DNA of 248,000 nt from Wallemia ichthyophaga EXF-994 (lineage: Eukaryota; Fungi; Basidiomycota): positions 20,001 to 268,000 of the forward strand of contig NW_008806277.1 of assembly GCF_000400465.1 (NCBI RefSeq), in the 5' to 3' direction. Position numbers and translations under genes: made by a program. Under the pieces are notes generated by a model that saw only the letters and a list, made by a program, of their open reading frames with translations, ran no database searches and was not told the DNA's origin. Numbering within the stretch: position 1 is the stretch's first letter; each line of letters begins with the position of its first letter. This document shows positions 84,420 through 100,619 of this stretch, piece after piece.

Positions 84420-86753
84420 TTAAAATTCATCAGAATCATTTACATCGACATATTTATCTGCCAGCTCATCGTCATCGCTGCTCACGTCTATCATCAGATT
84501 CTTTCGTGGCCGCTGTGTTGGCTTTGTGTTTGAGTTTGTGTTTCTATCAAGCAGCCCAACCGCGACGCGTGGCTGATATATGTGATCTATCTTGCGTCTG
84601 AATTTCTTATAGTTCGGCATATCTCTATCACCTCGAATTTCCTTCTTTTCCTTCTTTTCCCCAGGCTCGTCACGCCTCCGCAGCGGAATGAGTTTCATCG
84701 GAATAATGCAATCGCCGAGAGCGCGCTGAAATCCACTCCCATCCAGCTGCAGATCATCATCAAAGTCATCTCCTTCCCTACCCTTCTTTCCAGCCTCTTT
84801 TCCAACCACTTTTTCAACTCCACCGGACTTGCTCCCAGGCACACTCTCAGGCACCCGCGAAGCCTGTCTCTGCGCAGCCGCTAATACCTCCTGCTCAGCT
84901 ATGCGCGCATGTTGTGCAGCTACCTTCGCATTCCGCTCTTCCAATAGCGTTTTCTTTCTCCTCATCATATGCTCATTGAGAAAATCGTGTTTTTGGGGCG
85001 CTGCCATCTGCTCCTCTACTCTCTCACGCGCCGTCTTGCGTTTCTGAATTATTTGCGGTGTCGGGGGTGGTATGTGCGATTGCAGCTGCGACAGCAATTG
85101 CGTCGGTGCGGGGGAAGACACATGTGGTGCCGTTGGCTGAGGTGCTGGGAAAGGCTCTTCATCGGAGTCGTCGATGTTTATTGTCTGCATTCGACGCGTG
85201 TTTGCTCGTCTGCGCAGGGTGCTTTGTTGTTGATGGGGCTGATAGGGTTGCTGGGGTTGCTTTGTTGGAGATGATTCCTCTGCTTTCTCTTCTGGCTGCT
85301 GCAATTGCGATGTCTCTTCGTGTTGTTTCTGTTGTTGTTGCTGTTGCGCGTTCGCACTTGTATGCACATCATCATCATCAGAATCATCAATGTTACGGGC
85401 CAATGCGCGTCTCGCGCCTGCTCGTTTACCAAGTTGTAATGTTGTATTTTTCCCTGGCTGCTGCGGTTGTCGCAATTGCACTGTTTCTGCTTTCTCCTGA
85501 GCAGGTGGTGCAGCTGACGTGCTATTTTCACCATCATCGTCTAGGTCATTAGAATGCACTCTCGCAGCACCGCTTCTCTTAATCAACTTTCTCTGTGGTG
85601 CTTTCGGTGCCTCAGCTTCCTCTATCCCATCCAGTGCTTTGCGCTTCCTGCTTTGGGAGGGCTCTTGAGAAGGTGCTCTAGAAGAAGAGGATGGTTGTGA
85701 TTCATGCCGAGGTGCATCTACTCTCTCTTCACATGGCACAGCCTCTAAACAATCCACATCAATCTCCATAATAGCTCTATTCACCGAGGAGCATTCCATA
85801 TGCTGAATACCAACTTGTTGAGCAGCTTGCGATATCGCATTCGACCATGCTACACCCTCGCCCAACAACCTGTCGCTTACATCTGTTGGGAGAATAATCT
85901 GGGTGTTTTTCGTACATGTGCGCTCAATTGCTGATGCGACATTGTCCGCTTTGATGGATGTGTTGATTGGTTTAACACTTGCACCGCAATGCGTTAGTAT
86001 GTCGATATAAGCAGATGATAGGAGATCAACAATCACGTAGAAGGTGTGTCCGCTAAATAACCTCAATCTACTCTCAGAAATGAGCCAGAAAGCATCAGAT
86101 TGAATTTTTTCATTGGAAACTGCTGATGGCAGATGATCTGAAGTGACAGTGGGGAGTATAGAATCGATATTGTCTGACAATATAGACTGGTAGACGCTTT
86201 CAAGGTAGCCTCTGTTGACGATAGGTTTGAGGGAGGTTAGAGCAGCGAGTACTTTAGTATTGAGAGATCTTTCTGGATGGACTAGGTAGTCATAGGAGGA
86301 CTTCCAATGACCCCTACCGAATTTTAAACCCTTTTCCGCGTAACAGAGTGTCTCAGAGTTGAATGAAGATTTTGAAGTGAATAGGGAGGAGACATTGAAA
86401 TGAATTGGGCGCCAAATCACAGTCATAGCGATAGCTTGATTGGCAAGGTATATAATGTCACCGTGTTCAATCTCAGTTGAACTGTTTTCGAGCATCGTCG
86501 GTGGGCTGTCTGGTTTGACTACTTTAGCTTTCTTGTTTGCGTGTATTGTGAGAGGATATTTTGCTTGTATATCATCCCTCTTTGTCACGTCAACATCACC
86601 GGCTATCACGTCACAGTGATTAGCCCTACTAATCAACTTATGGTTGAATTTGATTTCTGAGGATTTCCTTCCGATCGAAGTTGTCTTTGAGGGTTTCAAG
86701 AAAAAGAAGCTGTGAGTGTTTTCGTTGGTGTTGTAGCAGTCTAGTGTGTACAT
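84420..86753 (-). CDS. NBS1: Nbs1-like (FHA/BRCT, Mre11-binding tail)
   Basis: TTSIGRK..ISRANH FHA; NYKKFRRK. Confidence 0.7.
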   Translation of the reverse strand: MYTLDCYNTNENTHSFFFLKPSKTTSIGRKSSEIKFNHKLISRANHCDVIAGDVDVTKRDDIQAKYPLTIHANKKAKVVKPDSPPTMLENSSTEIEHGDIIYLANQAIAMTVIWRPIHFNVSSLFTSKSSFNSETLCYAEKGLKFGRGHWKSSYDYLVHPERSLNTKVLAALTSLKPIVNRGYLESVYQSILSDNIDSILPTVTSDHLPSAVSNEKIQSDAFWLISESRLRLFSGHTFYVIVDLLSSAYIDILTHCGASVKPINTSIKADNVASAIERTCTKNTQIILPTDVSDRLLGEGVAWSNAISQAAQQVGIQHMECSSVNRAIMEIDVDCLEAVPCEERVDAPRHESQPSSSSRAPSQEPSQSRKRKALDGIEEAEAPKAPQRKLIKRSGAARVHSNDLDDDGENSTSAAPPAQEKAETVQLRQPQQPGKNTTLQLGKRAGARRALARNIDDSDDDDVHTSANAQQQQQQKQHEETSQLQQPEEKAEESSPTKQPQQPYQPHQQQSTLRRRANTRRMQTINIDDSDEEPFPAPQPTAPHVSSPAPTQLLSQLQSHIPPPTPQIIQKRKTARERVEEQMAAPQKHDFLNEHMMRRKKTLLEERNAKVAAQHARIAEQEVLAAAQRQASRVPESVPGSKSGGVEKVVGKEAGKKGREGDDFDDDLQLDGSGFQRALGDCIIPMKLIPLRRRDEPGEKKEKKEIRGDRDMPNYKKFRRKIDHIYQPRVAVGLLDRNTNSNTKPTQRPRKNLMIDVSSDDDELADKYVDVNDSDEF

Positions 86754-86926
86754 TGAAGTGGAGTGGTAAGGAGGATAGTGCTTTGAATTGTAATGCTTGA
86801 AAGCTAATTGAATTGCTTGAATTTACTATTTCAGTTGAATTGAATTAAAGTCAAGTAATTTAGAAGCCCCTTGTTCTTGAACGGTGGTGACGTAGTAAAA
86901 TCAATTTAGTCAAATAAGAAGCTTGA

Positions 86927-89279
<2,353 letters not shown>

Positions 89280-89360
89280 GATTTCAACGATCTATGTAAA
89301 GAAAGATATATAGGTATACAGATATGCATAATGACGATAACGATGATAATGATGACGCTC

Positions 89361-90209
89361 TCACACACCACTCTTGCCCGGCCTCGCTACCAAAGCTGCA
89401 GAAGCCTGATTGGTGGGAAAGATGAGGGAGCTGGCAGTTTGGACGTGCGGAGGACGGCTAGTGACCCAGATGATATCTTCTGCTACATCGTGTGGCGTGA
89501 GAGGGTCTAGATCCTTATAGACATTGCTAGCCTTATCAGTATCTCCGCGGAAACGCACCTCGCTGAATTCCGTCTCGACCAAACCAGGCTGAATTTCCGA
89601 GACGCGGATGGGAGTGCTGATGAGTTCTTTCATGAGAGAGTTAGTGAAAGCTCTAGCAGCGTGCTTAGTGCTGCAGTAGATGCTGCCGTTAGGATAAGGT
89701 TCGATGCCGGCGATAGAGCCGATAGTGACGACATGACCGTTGTTACGCTGTTTGAAGTGGTTGACGAGTATTTGGGTGAGTTTGATAAGACCGGTGACGT
89801 TGGTGGAGTACATCAGGGCTACGTCGTCGTCGGCGATATCTCCCACAGCTTCGATGCCCTTGACTAGACCGGCGTTGTTGATGAGAATGTCGATGTGGGG
89901 GAAAGTGGATCGCTGGAGAATAGTGGAGATGTCTTCGTTGCTGGTCATATCTAAAGAAATTGCTTGGTGTGCGCCGTGGGGATTGAGTTGGCGTGCTTGA
90001 GCGACGATATCTTGCAGCCTGTCTAATCTACGAGCAGCGAGGAGGACATTTGCACCGCATTGGGCGTATAATAGGGCAGTGGACTTGCCGATGCCGCTGG
90101 AGGCACCAGTGACGAGGACATTCTTCCCTTCTGCGGGGGAAGTTAGTGGGGAATCAGTGAGAATAAGTATAAACATACGTAATCTATGAGTTGATAGAAT
90201 TTGGGACAT
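89361..90209 (-). CDS. Short-chain dehydrogenase (YMR226C-like)
   Basis: TGASSGIG, NNAG, YCSTK. Confidence 0.88.
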   Translation of the reverse strand: MSQILSTHRLRMFILILTDSPLTSPAEGKNVLVTGASSGIGKSTALLYAQCGANVLLAARRLDRLQDIVAQARQLNPHGAHQAISLDMTSNEDISTILQRSTFPHIDILINNAGLVKGIEAVGDIADDDVALMYSTNVTGLIKLTQILVNHFKQRNNGHVVTIGSIAGIEPYPNGSIYCSTKHAARAFTNSLMKELISTPIRVSEIQPGLVETEFSEVRFRGDTDKASNVYKDLDPLTPHDVAEDIIWVTSRPPHVQTASSLIFPTNQASAALVARPGKSGV

Positions 90210-90273
90210 TTTAATTGACTATAGATGATGGACGTTCGGGTTCAAGAGGGTTTCTCTGTTCGCTACAGCCATT

Positions 90274-91317
90274 ATGTAAATTGGGTTTAATTGAAATGGC
90301 AGCAACTGATTGAATCAATCACAGGACACATGTACTCCCAGCTAATCTGTTAAAGGTGATTAGATAATCTTGTGTACGCTGGTTACTCACTCACAGTTGC
90401 AGCTATTTGCACCACGGCCACCACTCTCTTATGCTAAACCACTGGAGCGTGATCCAACGCGTGGAAAGAGGAATACGATTACAGGGATTGCCGGTTTGAT
90501 GGATTCGATTAGGTACGAGAATGAGAAAGTTACAGACGATCAGGATGAGAAGGCACAGCAGAATGGAATCAATGACAACGATAGGAAATCCCAACTTCAG
90601 GCTGAAAAAGCTACAAAGAGAAAGGACACCTTCAACAGCGCACTCAGTCAGTACAACCCACAATCAGACAGTGAAGCTATCGGTGATCCCTTCAAAACGC
90701 TCTTCATTGCACGCTTAACCGCTGAAACCAATGAATCCGATTTACGTAAGGAATTTGAAGTCTATGGCCCTGTGGAAAGAGTTCGTATTGTTCGTCATAA
90801 AGACACGGGAAACAGCCGCCGTTATGCCTTCATTATATTCGAAAAGGAACGCGATATGAAAGCAGCGTATAAGGATGCTGAGGGTTTGAAAATCAATGGC
90901 AATAGAATCCTCGTTGACGTCGAACGCGGTCGTACCGTAAAGAATTGGAAACCTAGGCGTTTAGGCGGTGGTTTGGGTGGTAAACCTAAAGTGGTTATCC
91001 CCGACTTACCTCCGCCACGAGGACCTCGAGGCCCTCCTGGTGGTTCTAGAGGTGGTTTTGGTCCTCCAGGTCCACGAAGAAGCGATGGCGGTGGTAGATT
91101 TGGTCCTCCAGGTGGTGGTCCTGGTCGCTTTAGCCGCGACCGCGACCGTGATCGTGATGGTCCTAGATTCGGTGGTGATCGCCCAATGCGTCACTGGGGT
91201 GGCCCTCCACGCGATAGAGATAGAGGTGATAGAGACGGCCCCAGAAGATCTTTTGGCGGTTTCAAGAGGGAATTTGACGGTGGAGACGATCGGGATGCCA
91301 AGCGTTATAGATATTAG
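90274..91317 (+). CDS. SNP1: U1 snRNP 70K; start codon split AT|G by intron
   Basis: THVLPANLLK/LFAPRPP, RRM, DVERGRTVKNWKPRRLGGGLGG. Confidence 0.93.
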
Positions 91318-91401
91318 CTGGCTGGGTCATAATATGTGGTACTTTTGTACAAACGAATTTAATTATTGATTCACTAGTCTCTTCTTAACCGTGATGACCT
91401 C

Positions 91402-92950
91402 ATCACCGAATTCGAACGACTCGAAGAAACGCAAAATGAAATCCTTCGATGAGCTATTCGCTGATGCAGCACCGGAGAAAGCCAAGGGTACGCGACAGAC
91501 GACGCCTCACGCGACGGATGTGCGATGGCTGCGAGTGGGAGGAGGGGGAGCCGGGGGAGCTAACCAAGGCGATGATCAATCAGGCTATTGGTGGCCAGTG
91601 CGAAGTTTAGACGAAGGCGCAGTGGAAGTGTATGGCGACGACGGGCATGGATTCCGCCGGCGGGTCAAAGCAGACAAGGAGTCGCTGGCCACATTCAAGC
91701 GCGAGGGCGTAGTGCGATATACCCCACAGACCTTCTACACGCACGAAACTCCGCCTCCCTGTCTCGTCGACGCTTTTCAAACAGCCGTCAAAAGCGCCAG
91801 CATCGACGACGAGGATAGCAAGGATGACCTGCCTGATGTGGACGTAGCGTTGTATGTCTCAACCCCATCGGCTAGCCAGGTTGGGCAGGTTACCCAAGTG
91901 GACTCGGACTCGTCCCCGGTGAGCACACAAGGGCAGACTGAGACGCATTCAGGGCATTCAGAGCACTTGAATCACTCCCAGCACCTGATTCAACCCGATC
92001 GAGACATCAATATAGCGGAGAAGGAAGGTGTCTTGTCGCGCTACTACAAGTCATCCAAGACACACTGGCCAGCACGCGTCATTGGGTTTGACAGCGGACT
92101 CTACTTGCTCGAATTCAACGACGCGACTGTGCGCAAACTGCCGCGCGCATGTTTCTTTACGTGCGCCGAAAAAGGTTTTCGGGAGTGCGAGCTGGGGATG
92201 CTGGAGAAGGTGGGCGGGGACCAGAAGAAGAAGAAGCGAGGGGACAAGAGCAGGTATGAGTATGGGCGTGAGGGCGGGAATAGGAGTGAGCTCACCTGCT
92301 CACACACTCGCACTCAGCCTCGCATGCCCCCCACAGAGGTGTTTGGGGAGCTGGACATGGCGACACAAGTGCAGCTGTGTCTGCCCATCATCGACCGCAT
92401 AATCCACGAGCAGTACACGCCCGCTCTGGAGAAGCACAAGCAGTTTGTCAGAGGCGGTCTCTCCCGCAAGGCCGTTGGAAAGCAGGTGTGTTATGGGGAA
92501 TTCAGCGGCTGTCGCGACGAGATTGTGGAAATAATACGCGAGTATTTGAAGGTGTGTGCAGCGTGCTGGCTAGCTAGCTAGTTAGGCATACACACACACG
92601 AATACGCTAACACCCCGCTCACACCAGCCAGGCGAGGAGGGAGAGGAAAGTGCGCAGGAAAAGGCCTACGAGAAGCTCACGCCGCCGGAACGCGTTGCTT
92701 ATATGCTCGATGTACTTTTCCCGGAAGTGCTCATCCAGATTGTCATCCACTCGGAAGGACTGGATGGAGAGAGCGCGAGCGGATACAGGCGGGCGTGCGA
92801 AATACTCAAAGCGGAGTCTGCGGACCGCGACTGGATCGATAGGATCTACGCTCAGAGACAGTTCCACGAGCCGTCCACACCCACGCAGCAGCCCGAGCAG
92901 CAGCTGTACCACTCGTCAGGCAGGCCTGTGCGGAAGAAGACAGGGCGATA
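91402..92950 (+). CDS. Hypothetical protein (PWWP/Tudor-like segments)
   Basis: YWWPV, THWPARVI; spliced. Confidence 0.45.
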
Positions 92951-94019
92951 GTGGTTGTGGCTTAATCGGATTTGATTTTTGATTTTCGCGTACCACTTAC
93001 AGGCTACAGCCCAGCCATCCCGCTTGTACTGCTACACTATGACGTTGATCGACTTTCCTAAGTGCGAGTGCGAGGGCGAGATTGAGAAGGCTACACACAC
93101 ACAAGCCACATCACGCAAATTTCCGCTCAGTCTGCCTTTCGATCTGCGTATGTTTGCGGTGACTTGGCGCCCGCGGCCGGCGACCGCCCCCACATACACA
93201 GCCACCGTCAACGAGAAGCGGATCGCACTGGGCGTAGAGCTGCTCGAGAAGGCTATCGAGGCTGACAGGAGGCGCGACGATGAGCTCTGCTGTACGTATG
93301 CGATTTACAGCGCTCTATCGCTGCAGCTGCCCGATAAGACGCGTTCTGAAATTTATAACAGATGAGGCATATTTCCACGCGGTGGACCTAATATTCAGTG
93401 CAATCAACGAGCGCAAGGAGATGGACTCAAGGCGCATGGAGCACCTCGAGAGCATGATCAATTGCCATTTGCTCAAGCTGGGACTGACGCCAGTGAGCTG
93501 CACAAAAGACCGCGGCGGCGGTTGGCGGGAAGGAGTAATTGAGACGAGCACCGCGATAGCCGTGGCTGCCAAGAAAAGCAAAGTGGGGAAGCGTACTGCT
93601 GTTGGTTTGCTACTCACGCTGCTCAGCTCCACCAATACGCGTTGGGCGGGTTAATCAGCATCGTCAACGCACTCAGACAACTCAATGAGAGATTTCAAAT
93701 ATCTTGGCGTCTCGTCAACGCACTCGAACGCGCAGTCGCGCTCTTTGTCCGCCTTGATAGCCACTTGGGTCTCCACCAATCAGCTTGCGAGATTGGCTGG
93801 ACGGCGTGGGAGGCCACAGTGAAAGCTGCGATAGCTTATGCTCAAGCGGGTGCGTCGACGGCAACATCTCCAGCGTCATCTTCGGTGTCATCTCCATCTC
93901 GAGTGAAATACCAGTAGTCTTTAGATGAATTGATATAATTTCTGTATTTAATAAAGCATTTTAAGTTCAATAAACTATAAACACATCTTGGTAGTGTACA
94001 ACGACGATCAGCGCTAGAG

Positions 94020-97000
94020 ATGAACAAGCCACGCGAGTCAAAAGTGGTCGATATTGACAGCAGCGACGATGACGCGGCGGGCGATGACAGCAACAAGCGC
94101 AAGGATGGCGTAATTGATCTTACCAACGACGACGACGATGATGTTGTTATCAAGAGCACGCCAAAGCCACAGCCACCACAGCAGCCAATATCATTCGATC
94201 CGCTGTCTCCATCTGCACCGGTGTGTATTGGTGAAATAACATGCACTGCACTCGTGATGATTCCTTCGAATTATATCCAAACGACTCCCGAGGTTTGGAA
94301 GGACGTCCGCTTGGCTTATGTGCCTCAACTCAATCATTCTACTCAGAATCCTCCAATTGAAACTATACGCGTATACCCTCCTGCTCATGTTCTCGGACAG
94401 ACTCCTGCACTTAGCCTCGGTGCTGGTCAGATGCGCATCCAGGACAGCTTTGCCGTTGTTGATCGCCGCACTGCGGGCGTTTTGGGCCCTTTGATGCTTC
94501 AGCGTTGTGTACGAATTGAAGGCGTCGTTAAAACAAAGTCAGGAAGCGTGAGTTGAGTTGCTTATCTAATAGTCCACTCTCACCCATCTACAAACAGCCA
94601 ATGATGCTCCCTATGAAACTCCTTCTATTCACCAGACGTGACTTAATGGAGAAAATTGCACACGTTGTCCTCCACGCAGGCATTGCCATCGAAGAGCCAG
94701 AAAGATATAGACCAGACAAACATTGCAACGCTTGGTATGAGTCGCCTGCTATTGTCAAGACCTTTAGTAAACATGGTTTTCCTTCTACTAATATACCCTC
94801 CTATGGCCCACTCACTAATGACTCGTCCTCCTCCCTCAATCCTTACTCTTATCGGCCTCAATACACTGGCCACGCAAAGACAACCGAAGTCAATCGCTCT
94901 CAGCAAGCTAACGAAATGCTTGGCAAAATATCCGTCGATGAACTCCCTGAAACTCTCGCTTCATCTAGAATAGCGACTACTCTCTACCCTCATCAGAAAC
95001 AGGCGCTGACTTTTTTACTTGAGTGCGAACGTGATCCTCGTAGATCCACAAATGAATCTGACAAATTCTCCTTCTGGAAGCAAAGTAAAGATAAAAGGAA
95101 ATTCCAGCATATTATCACACACAACTACCTCAACCAGGAACCTGCTGGATGTCGCGGTGCTATTTTAGCAGACGATATGGGACTCGGTAAGACTATCTCA
95201 GTTGTCGCGTTGATTGCGTCCACGTTCGAGTCTGCAAATGATTATGCATTGGCTGGTCCGAGTAAATCAGACACAGAAAAAAAACCAAAGAGGCAGGAAA
95301 TGAAAGCTCCAGATGCTTCCCATTTCAGTAGCAAATTCGCTATACCTGGCATGCCTCAATCTAACTCTGGTATTACCGACTCATTTCGAAAAGAAAATGA
95401 CGACCAACTCGAAGGTGCTTCTGGAAAATCACGTCGATTGCGCAAAGAGAGGCTTCAAATTAGGAGTAAAGCGACTGTAATTGTCAGTCCCTTATCTACG
95501 CTAAGTAATTGGGAGGAACAGTTCAGTGATCACATGACAACTAAGCCGCATTTCTATCGTCATGAGGAAAGACCGCCAAGAAAACGCAAAGACGATGGAC
95601 TGAATATTTATATATATCATGGCAATAATCGCAAGAAAGAGGTGTCATTTCTGATGCAATTTGATGTCATTCTCACCGCCTTCTCCACCGTCGCTACTGA
95701 GTTCAGCAAACAGGATACTGCCATCAAGAAACTTCATCTTGCGCAAGAGAAATGGGATGAGATGTTGGAGAATGGTACGGCTTTCGCGAATACCAATGGA
95801 GTTAGCGACGATGATGTATCCTTTGTGTCTGACAGTGCAAGCGCATCCGGAGCCTCCTCATCGAAACCTACCAAGTTGCCACCATCATCATCATCATCAT
95901 CGACGTCCAAGCCAAAGGGTAAAGGCAAGCGTAAGAAGAAGGGTGAGGATGATCTTGAGGGTCTCTGTCCAGAGATGCTAGCAGAATTGGAGCAGAATGC
96001 CATCAACTATACTTCTCCACTTCAGCAAATCGAGTGGTTCAGAATTGTGCTCGACGAAGCCCACTATATCAAAGATCCATCAACCATGATGTCAAAGGCA
96101 GCTTCTGAACTAGCAGCTGAGAGAAGGTTGTGTTTGACGGGTACGCCTATCCAGAACAAAATTGAAGACCTTTATGCTCTGTTGAGGTTCTTGCATCTCG
96201 AACCATTTGATGAGCGCGAGACGTGGAACACGTTTATTGGCACACCCATTAAGCAGCAGCTCAATGTAGGATTTGCGAGGATCCAGATAATTATGAAGCA
96301 TATAACTATGCGTCGTACCAAGGAAATGAAGAATAAGGATGGTACCCCGATTGTCTCCCTCCCTGATCGGTCTGATGAGTTGCGTTCGTTGGAATTCAAC
96401 CCCCGAGAGAGGGCTATATATGAAAATCAACATGGTAAATCTAAGGACAAGTATCTAGATTTACGTGATGCTGATGGTTTGTCACGTGGTGGTTTTATTA
96501 GTATTTTGCAGGTATGTTGGAGTATGAGTGGTTGGTGATGCAAATTAACACTTTAAAGGAATTACTTCGTTTGAGGATGATATGCGACCATTACTGTCTA
96601 TGTCCAGATGCTGTGAACGCGTTTGCTGAATCACCACTCGCACAAGCGCAAGCTATCTTTCAGGTAATGCGCGACTCAGAAACTGCAAATTGTTTGGAAT
96701 GCTACTACGACTTTGTCCAAGCGCAGCTCCCTGGTGCGCCCAAGGAAGAAGAGGACGAGAAGCCGCTGTATGATGAAAAAGATAGGGATTTCAAAAAGCC
96801 GAAGAAGGAAGCAGGAGGAGGAGGAGGAGCACCAAGTAATGCCGTGGCACTTCCAGTTCTCAATCTCCAGTGTAACCATCTGTTATGCAGCAACTGCATA
96901 CAAAAACACATTGGCGTATGGCCCGAATTCGAGCCATTTAATTGTCCAGATTGCAAGGAGCTGGTCAGCGATCGTGAAAAGATTATCCAAATCAGTAACT

Positions 97001-97766
97001 TCAACGACACCTTTGCGTCTGTCGACAACGATCTCGCCAAGTTTGAAGACGAGCTGCCGACTTCGAAGCGGAAGAAAAGGATCGAAAGACCGGAGGAGTT
97101 TTCGACCAAGATAGAAGCACTGCTTCACGATCTCGCTGAAATATCAACAACGAATCCTCACTCACCCAACTACGACACACTCAATTTCGATGTCGACATC
97201 AAAGCTACACCGAACAAAACGATCGTATTCAGTCAGTGGACGTCTATGCTGGATTTGATTGAATATGGATTGAAGGAGTGTCAAATTGGATACGGTAGAC
97301 TCGATGGAACTATGCAGCGTGATCAGCGTGCTTTCGCTCTTGAAAGACTCAAATTTGATCCCAAGTGCGAAGTGCTCCTTATATCACTGCGTGCAGGTGG
97401 TGTAGGATTGAATCTGGTGAGTTGTGTGGTACATAGTGTACAACCCTCTCACACACCTGGCAGACTACAGCAAATAGAGTATACATGATGGACAGCTGGT
97501 GGAACGTCGCAGTGGAGAACCAAGCAGTCGACCGTGTGTGTCGTATTGGTCAAAAACGCCCCGTGCAGGTCGTCCGCTATATCATACAGAACACTATCGA
97601 GGAGCGCATTCTGCAGATACAAGAACGCAAAACAGAGCTCTTCAAGGGCGTCCTCGGATCTGGACGCCAGAGGTCCAAGGAAGAGGAGAGGAAGGAGATG
97701 CTCGAGAATATCGCTATCATGTTTGGAGAGTCGCCCGAGTCTGCGCATGTGAGGAAAAACATGTAG
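94020..97766 (+). CDS. Snf2-family RING helicase (Rad5/Rad16-like)
   Basis: LADDMGLGKT, DEAH, LTGTPIQN, RING, GGVGLNL. Confidence 0.9.
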
Positions 97767-98524
97767 ATGGTTGCATCGCTGTAATCTTTTCAACTCATTC
97801 ACTCATCTTTGTGGCTGGGCTGGGCTTGTCTCAGCTTTCTCAGTCGACTTTTTTTTTTAATCTCTTTTATCTTTCATTCCCCCTTACTCAGCAAACACAC
97901 AAGCATGTATCACTATGTCTTCTCAATTTTATTTATTTGTATTTAGTTTATTTGGTTGTAGGCTGTATCCATTCTATCCATTCTATCTAATCATTTGAAA
98001 CCTTTGTGAAACATTTATGAAACATATTGTCAAGTGCGATCATGGAGTGCATGGATAGACAGCTAGGTCAATCCAATGCAGGAAAGCTAAGCATGCTCCT
98101 ATGTATTCTCATTGTACGTACTTCGCTGAGGAAGGCACAGCGCTGTCTTGGAAGAAGGCTTGGCTATACCCAAATGTAAAAAACCCTAAAAATCAAACAC
98201 CTGCGTCATATGCCTGCATGATCACTTAAAATAGGCATTAGGGGGACATTTTGCTACAAGGCTCCCAACATCCTTTCACGGCTCCTCTCAGTAAATCGGC
98301 ATTGTTCTTCATCTTTAGTTATACCAGAACAGCACATATATCTTTTTTTCTCTTAAGCGGAGCATTTGTTGGTTTAAATGTTAAGAGTTAGTTAAATTGA
98401 CATTCTCAAACAATGATCAGAATGCCTCAAATTAATGTAAAGGTAGATTATATACAATACGCTGCCATAAAATTACTATGAGTGTCAGTATAATATGATT
98501 ACGTGCGCTGAATTTTGAACAAGA

Positions 98525-100269
98525 TTACATGAAGAGAACAACTTTCCCGCTGCCATTACCGCCTGCGATGCTCAAATCGTCGAGTCCAGTGAAGGGTTTC
98601 GCCGATACGACAGCCGGTACAGCGGTGATATTCTCCGTATCAACTAAATCAGCAGACGGTGCTCTATCGCCCATTGTCCACATCTCCAACGACCTCTTCA
98701 TAGAAGGAGTGATGAAAGAGGTGGGGACACCAGTCCATGGCGCTGGATTAATCCACTGCATTCTAAAAACCGACAACCATCTCCCCGTTTCGTTGTTGTG
98801 TTTGATCGAATTGACAACGTTGAGTTTATCGTCGAACACCTTAACTGTGTTGTCGAAAGACGTTGACAAAATGTTGGATCCCGTTGGAGAGTAATAAGCC
98901 GATGTGACAGCTTTCCCGTGGATGGTTCTATGCAACATGCCAATTTCCTCGCGATTGTCATAGTACGGTAGATCGTCTTCATCTTCTGTAATAGGTTCGA
99001 GTGTATTGCAATGTTTCTTAACCATTCGCATGTCGAATATACGTACAGCGTGGTCGTTGGAGGCTACACATACCTGCTGCTCGTTGGAGGGGTTGATAGA
99101 GACGGATCCGAGTTTGTTCTTGGACAACACATACCGCACACCCCTATCGCGGGATTCACGCATATCTTTTAGCGACAGTCCGCCTCCGTTGTCAGCTGCG
99201 TGCAGCAGCGAGGGCGTTTGATGGGGTATGTCGAGATGTGTGATTAGCCTATTCGTCTCCTGTTCGTATCCGTCGTTGCTACGGAAGAGTTGGGTCGATA
99301 GCCCACTCTCGAAGTCTAATTGACGGATTGTGCAGTCGTAACTGGTCGTGAATGCCTTCCTACTATCGCTAGCATCAAATCGTATGCAGGAAATAGGTGA
99401 TCCAATCACGTGTGGCTGCAAACGCCATATCTGCGCCGTGTCCTTGTCGGCGTCATATTTTAGTATGCCAAGTTGACCGTACTTGTCACCAGCAAACACC
99501 AGATCACTTTCTTTGTCAGGATGGTACTGCATGCTGTGAATGCGATTTGAGGTAACTTTTTGAATCGTTTTGAATACCAAACTATTGGCTCTTTCTTTGT
99601 ACTTGTGCACTGAATCGCTGCTGTTCGTATCTTTCTCATCTTCGACAGAATGTATGGGACGTGGAATGGCTGGTCGTGATGCCAAATAGCCTGAAAGCTC
99701 CTTCGCTATTAGCTCATCATTCTCGTCATCATCTTCTTCGTCATCCTCATCCTCATCATCCTCCTTCTTGGCTTTCTCCTCCTTTTTCACACTCTCGCCG
99801 CACTTCTTGCTGTGTATGTACTCTACCGGATCGCGCTTAAGTAGCTCGAGTATGGGCATATCATTCCTACGCGTTTCGTGCTCAATTCTCCGCTTTTCAT
99901 CTTTGCGTTGTGCTTCGCGTTCTAGTTCCGTCTCTAGCTGCTCGCGGCTCGCTTTCTTGTCTTCTTCGGTCGTAGGAACGCGTCTGCTCGAACGTCTGGG
100001 TGGGTCTGCAGCAACTGCTTTGTCTGCATCTTCCTCCCTCTTCACCCTCTTCTTGGCTGGTTGCTGCTTCTGCTGTTTCTGCTGCCTGGGTTTCGCATCA
100101 TCACTGTCGTGCGATCGCTTCCCAAACACCTCCTTCGACGCCTCGCCTAGTCCAAGTTGCTCGAGAAGACGGTTGTTCTCCTCGATGTTCTTCAGTCGCT
100201 GTCGCTCACTAGCGTGTATTAGCGGATTGCAGTGAGCGCAGAACCACAAGCGTACTACTCTGAACCCAT
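98525..100269 (-). CDS. CMR1: WDR76/Cmr1
   Basis: ERQRLKNIEENNRLL, KHNNETGRWL. Confidence 0.85.
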
Positions 100270-100408
100270 TTTGAGCACTTGTTTTGATGTTCGGTGTCGG
100301 TGATTAAGTTTACTGGGTCAGTGGCGATTACATTTGATTGCATCCGATAGCGACTGATAGCAGCTTCCAAATAGACTTTACCTGAGCTAGCTAGTTGATG
100401 ACTGTTTT

Positions 100409-100484
100409 ACGCGTCACTTAACTTATCACTCGCTAATAATTAACAATTACAATATATACCACAATAAAACGCAACAGCACGCGT
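100409..100484. promoter_or_regulatory. Two MCB-like ACGCGT elements upstream of CMR1
   Basis: Exact hexamers at 100409 and 100479. Confidence 0.4.
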
Positions 100485-100619
100485 AAATCTATCCTAGTAA
100501 AAATACAACAAACACAATTCAACCCATTTGCAACCGCAAATCTAAAGCCATCAGAGTCAGTGCAAGGTTTAGCAGCAGTTAGGCAAGGTCTAGTATGAGC
100601 GTCCGGGAATACTTAAGAG

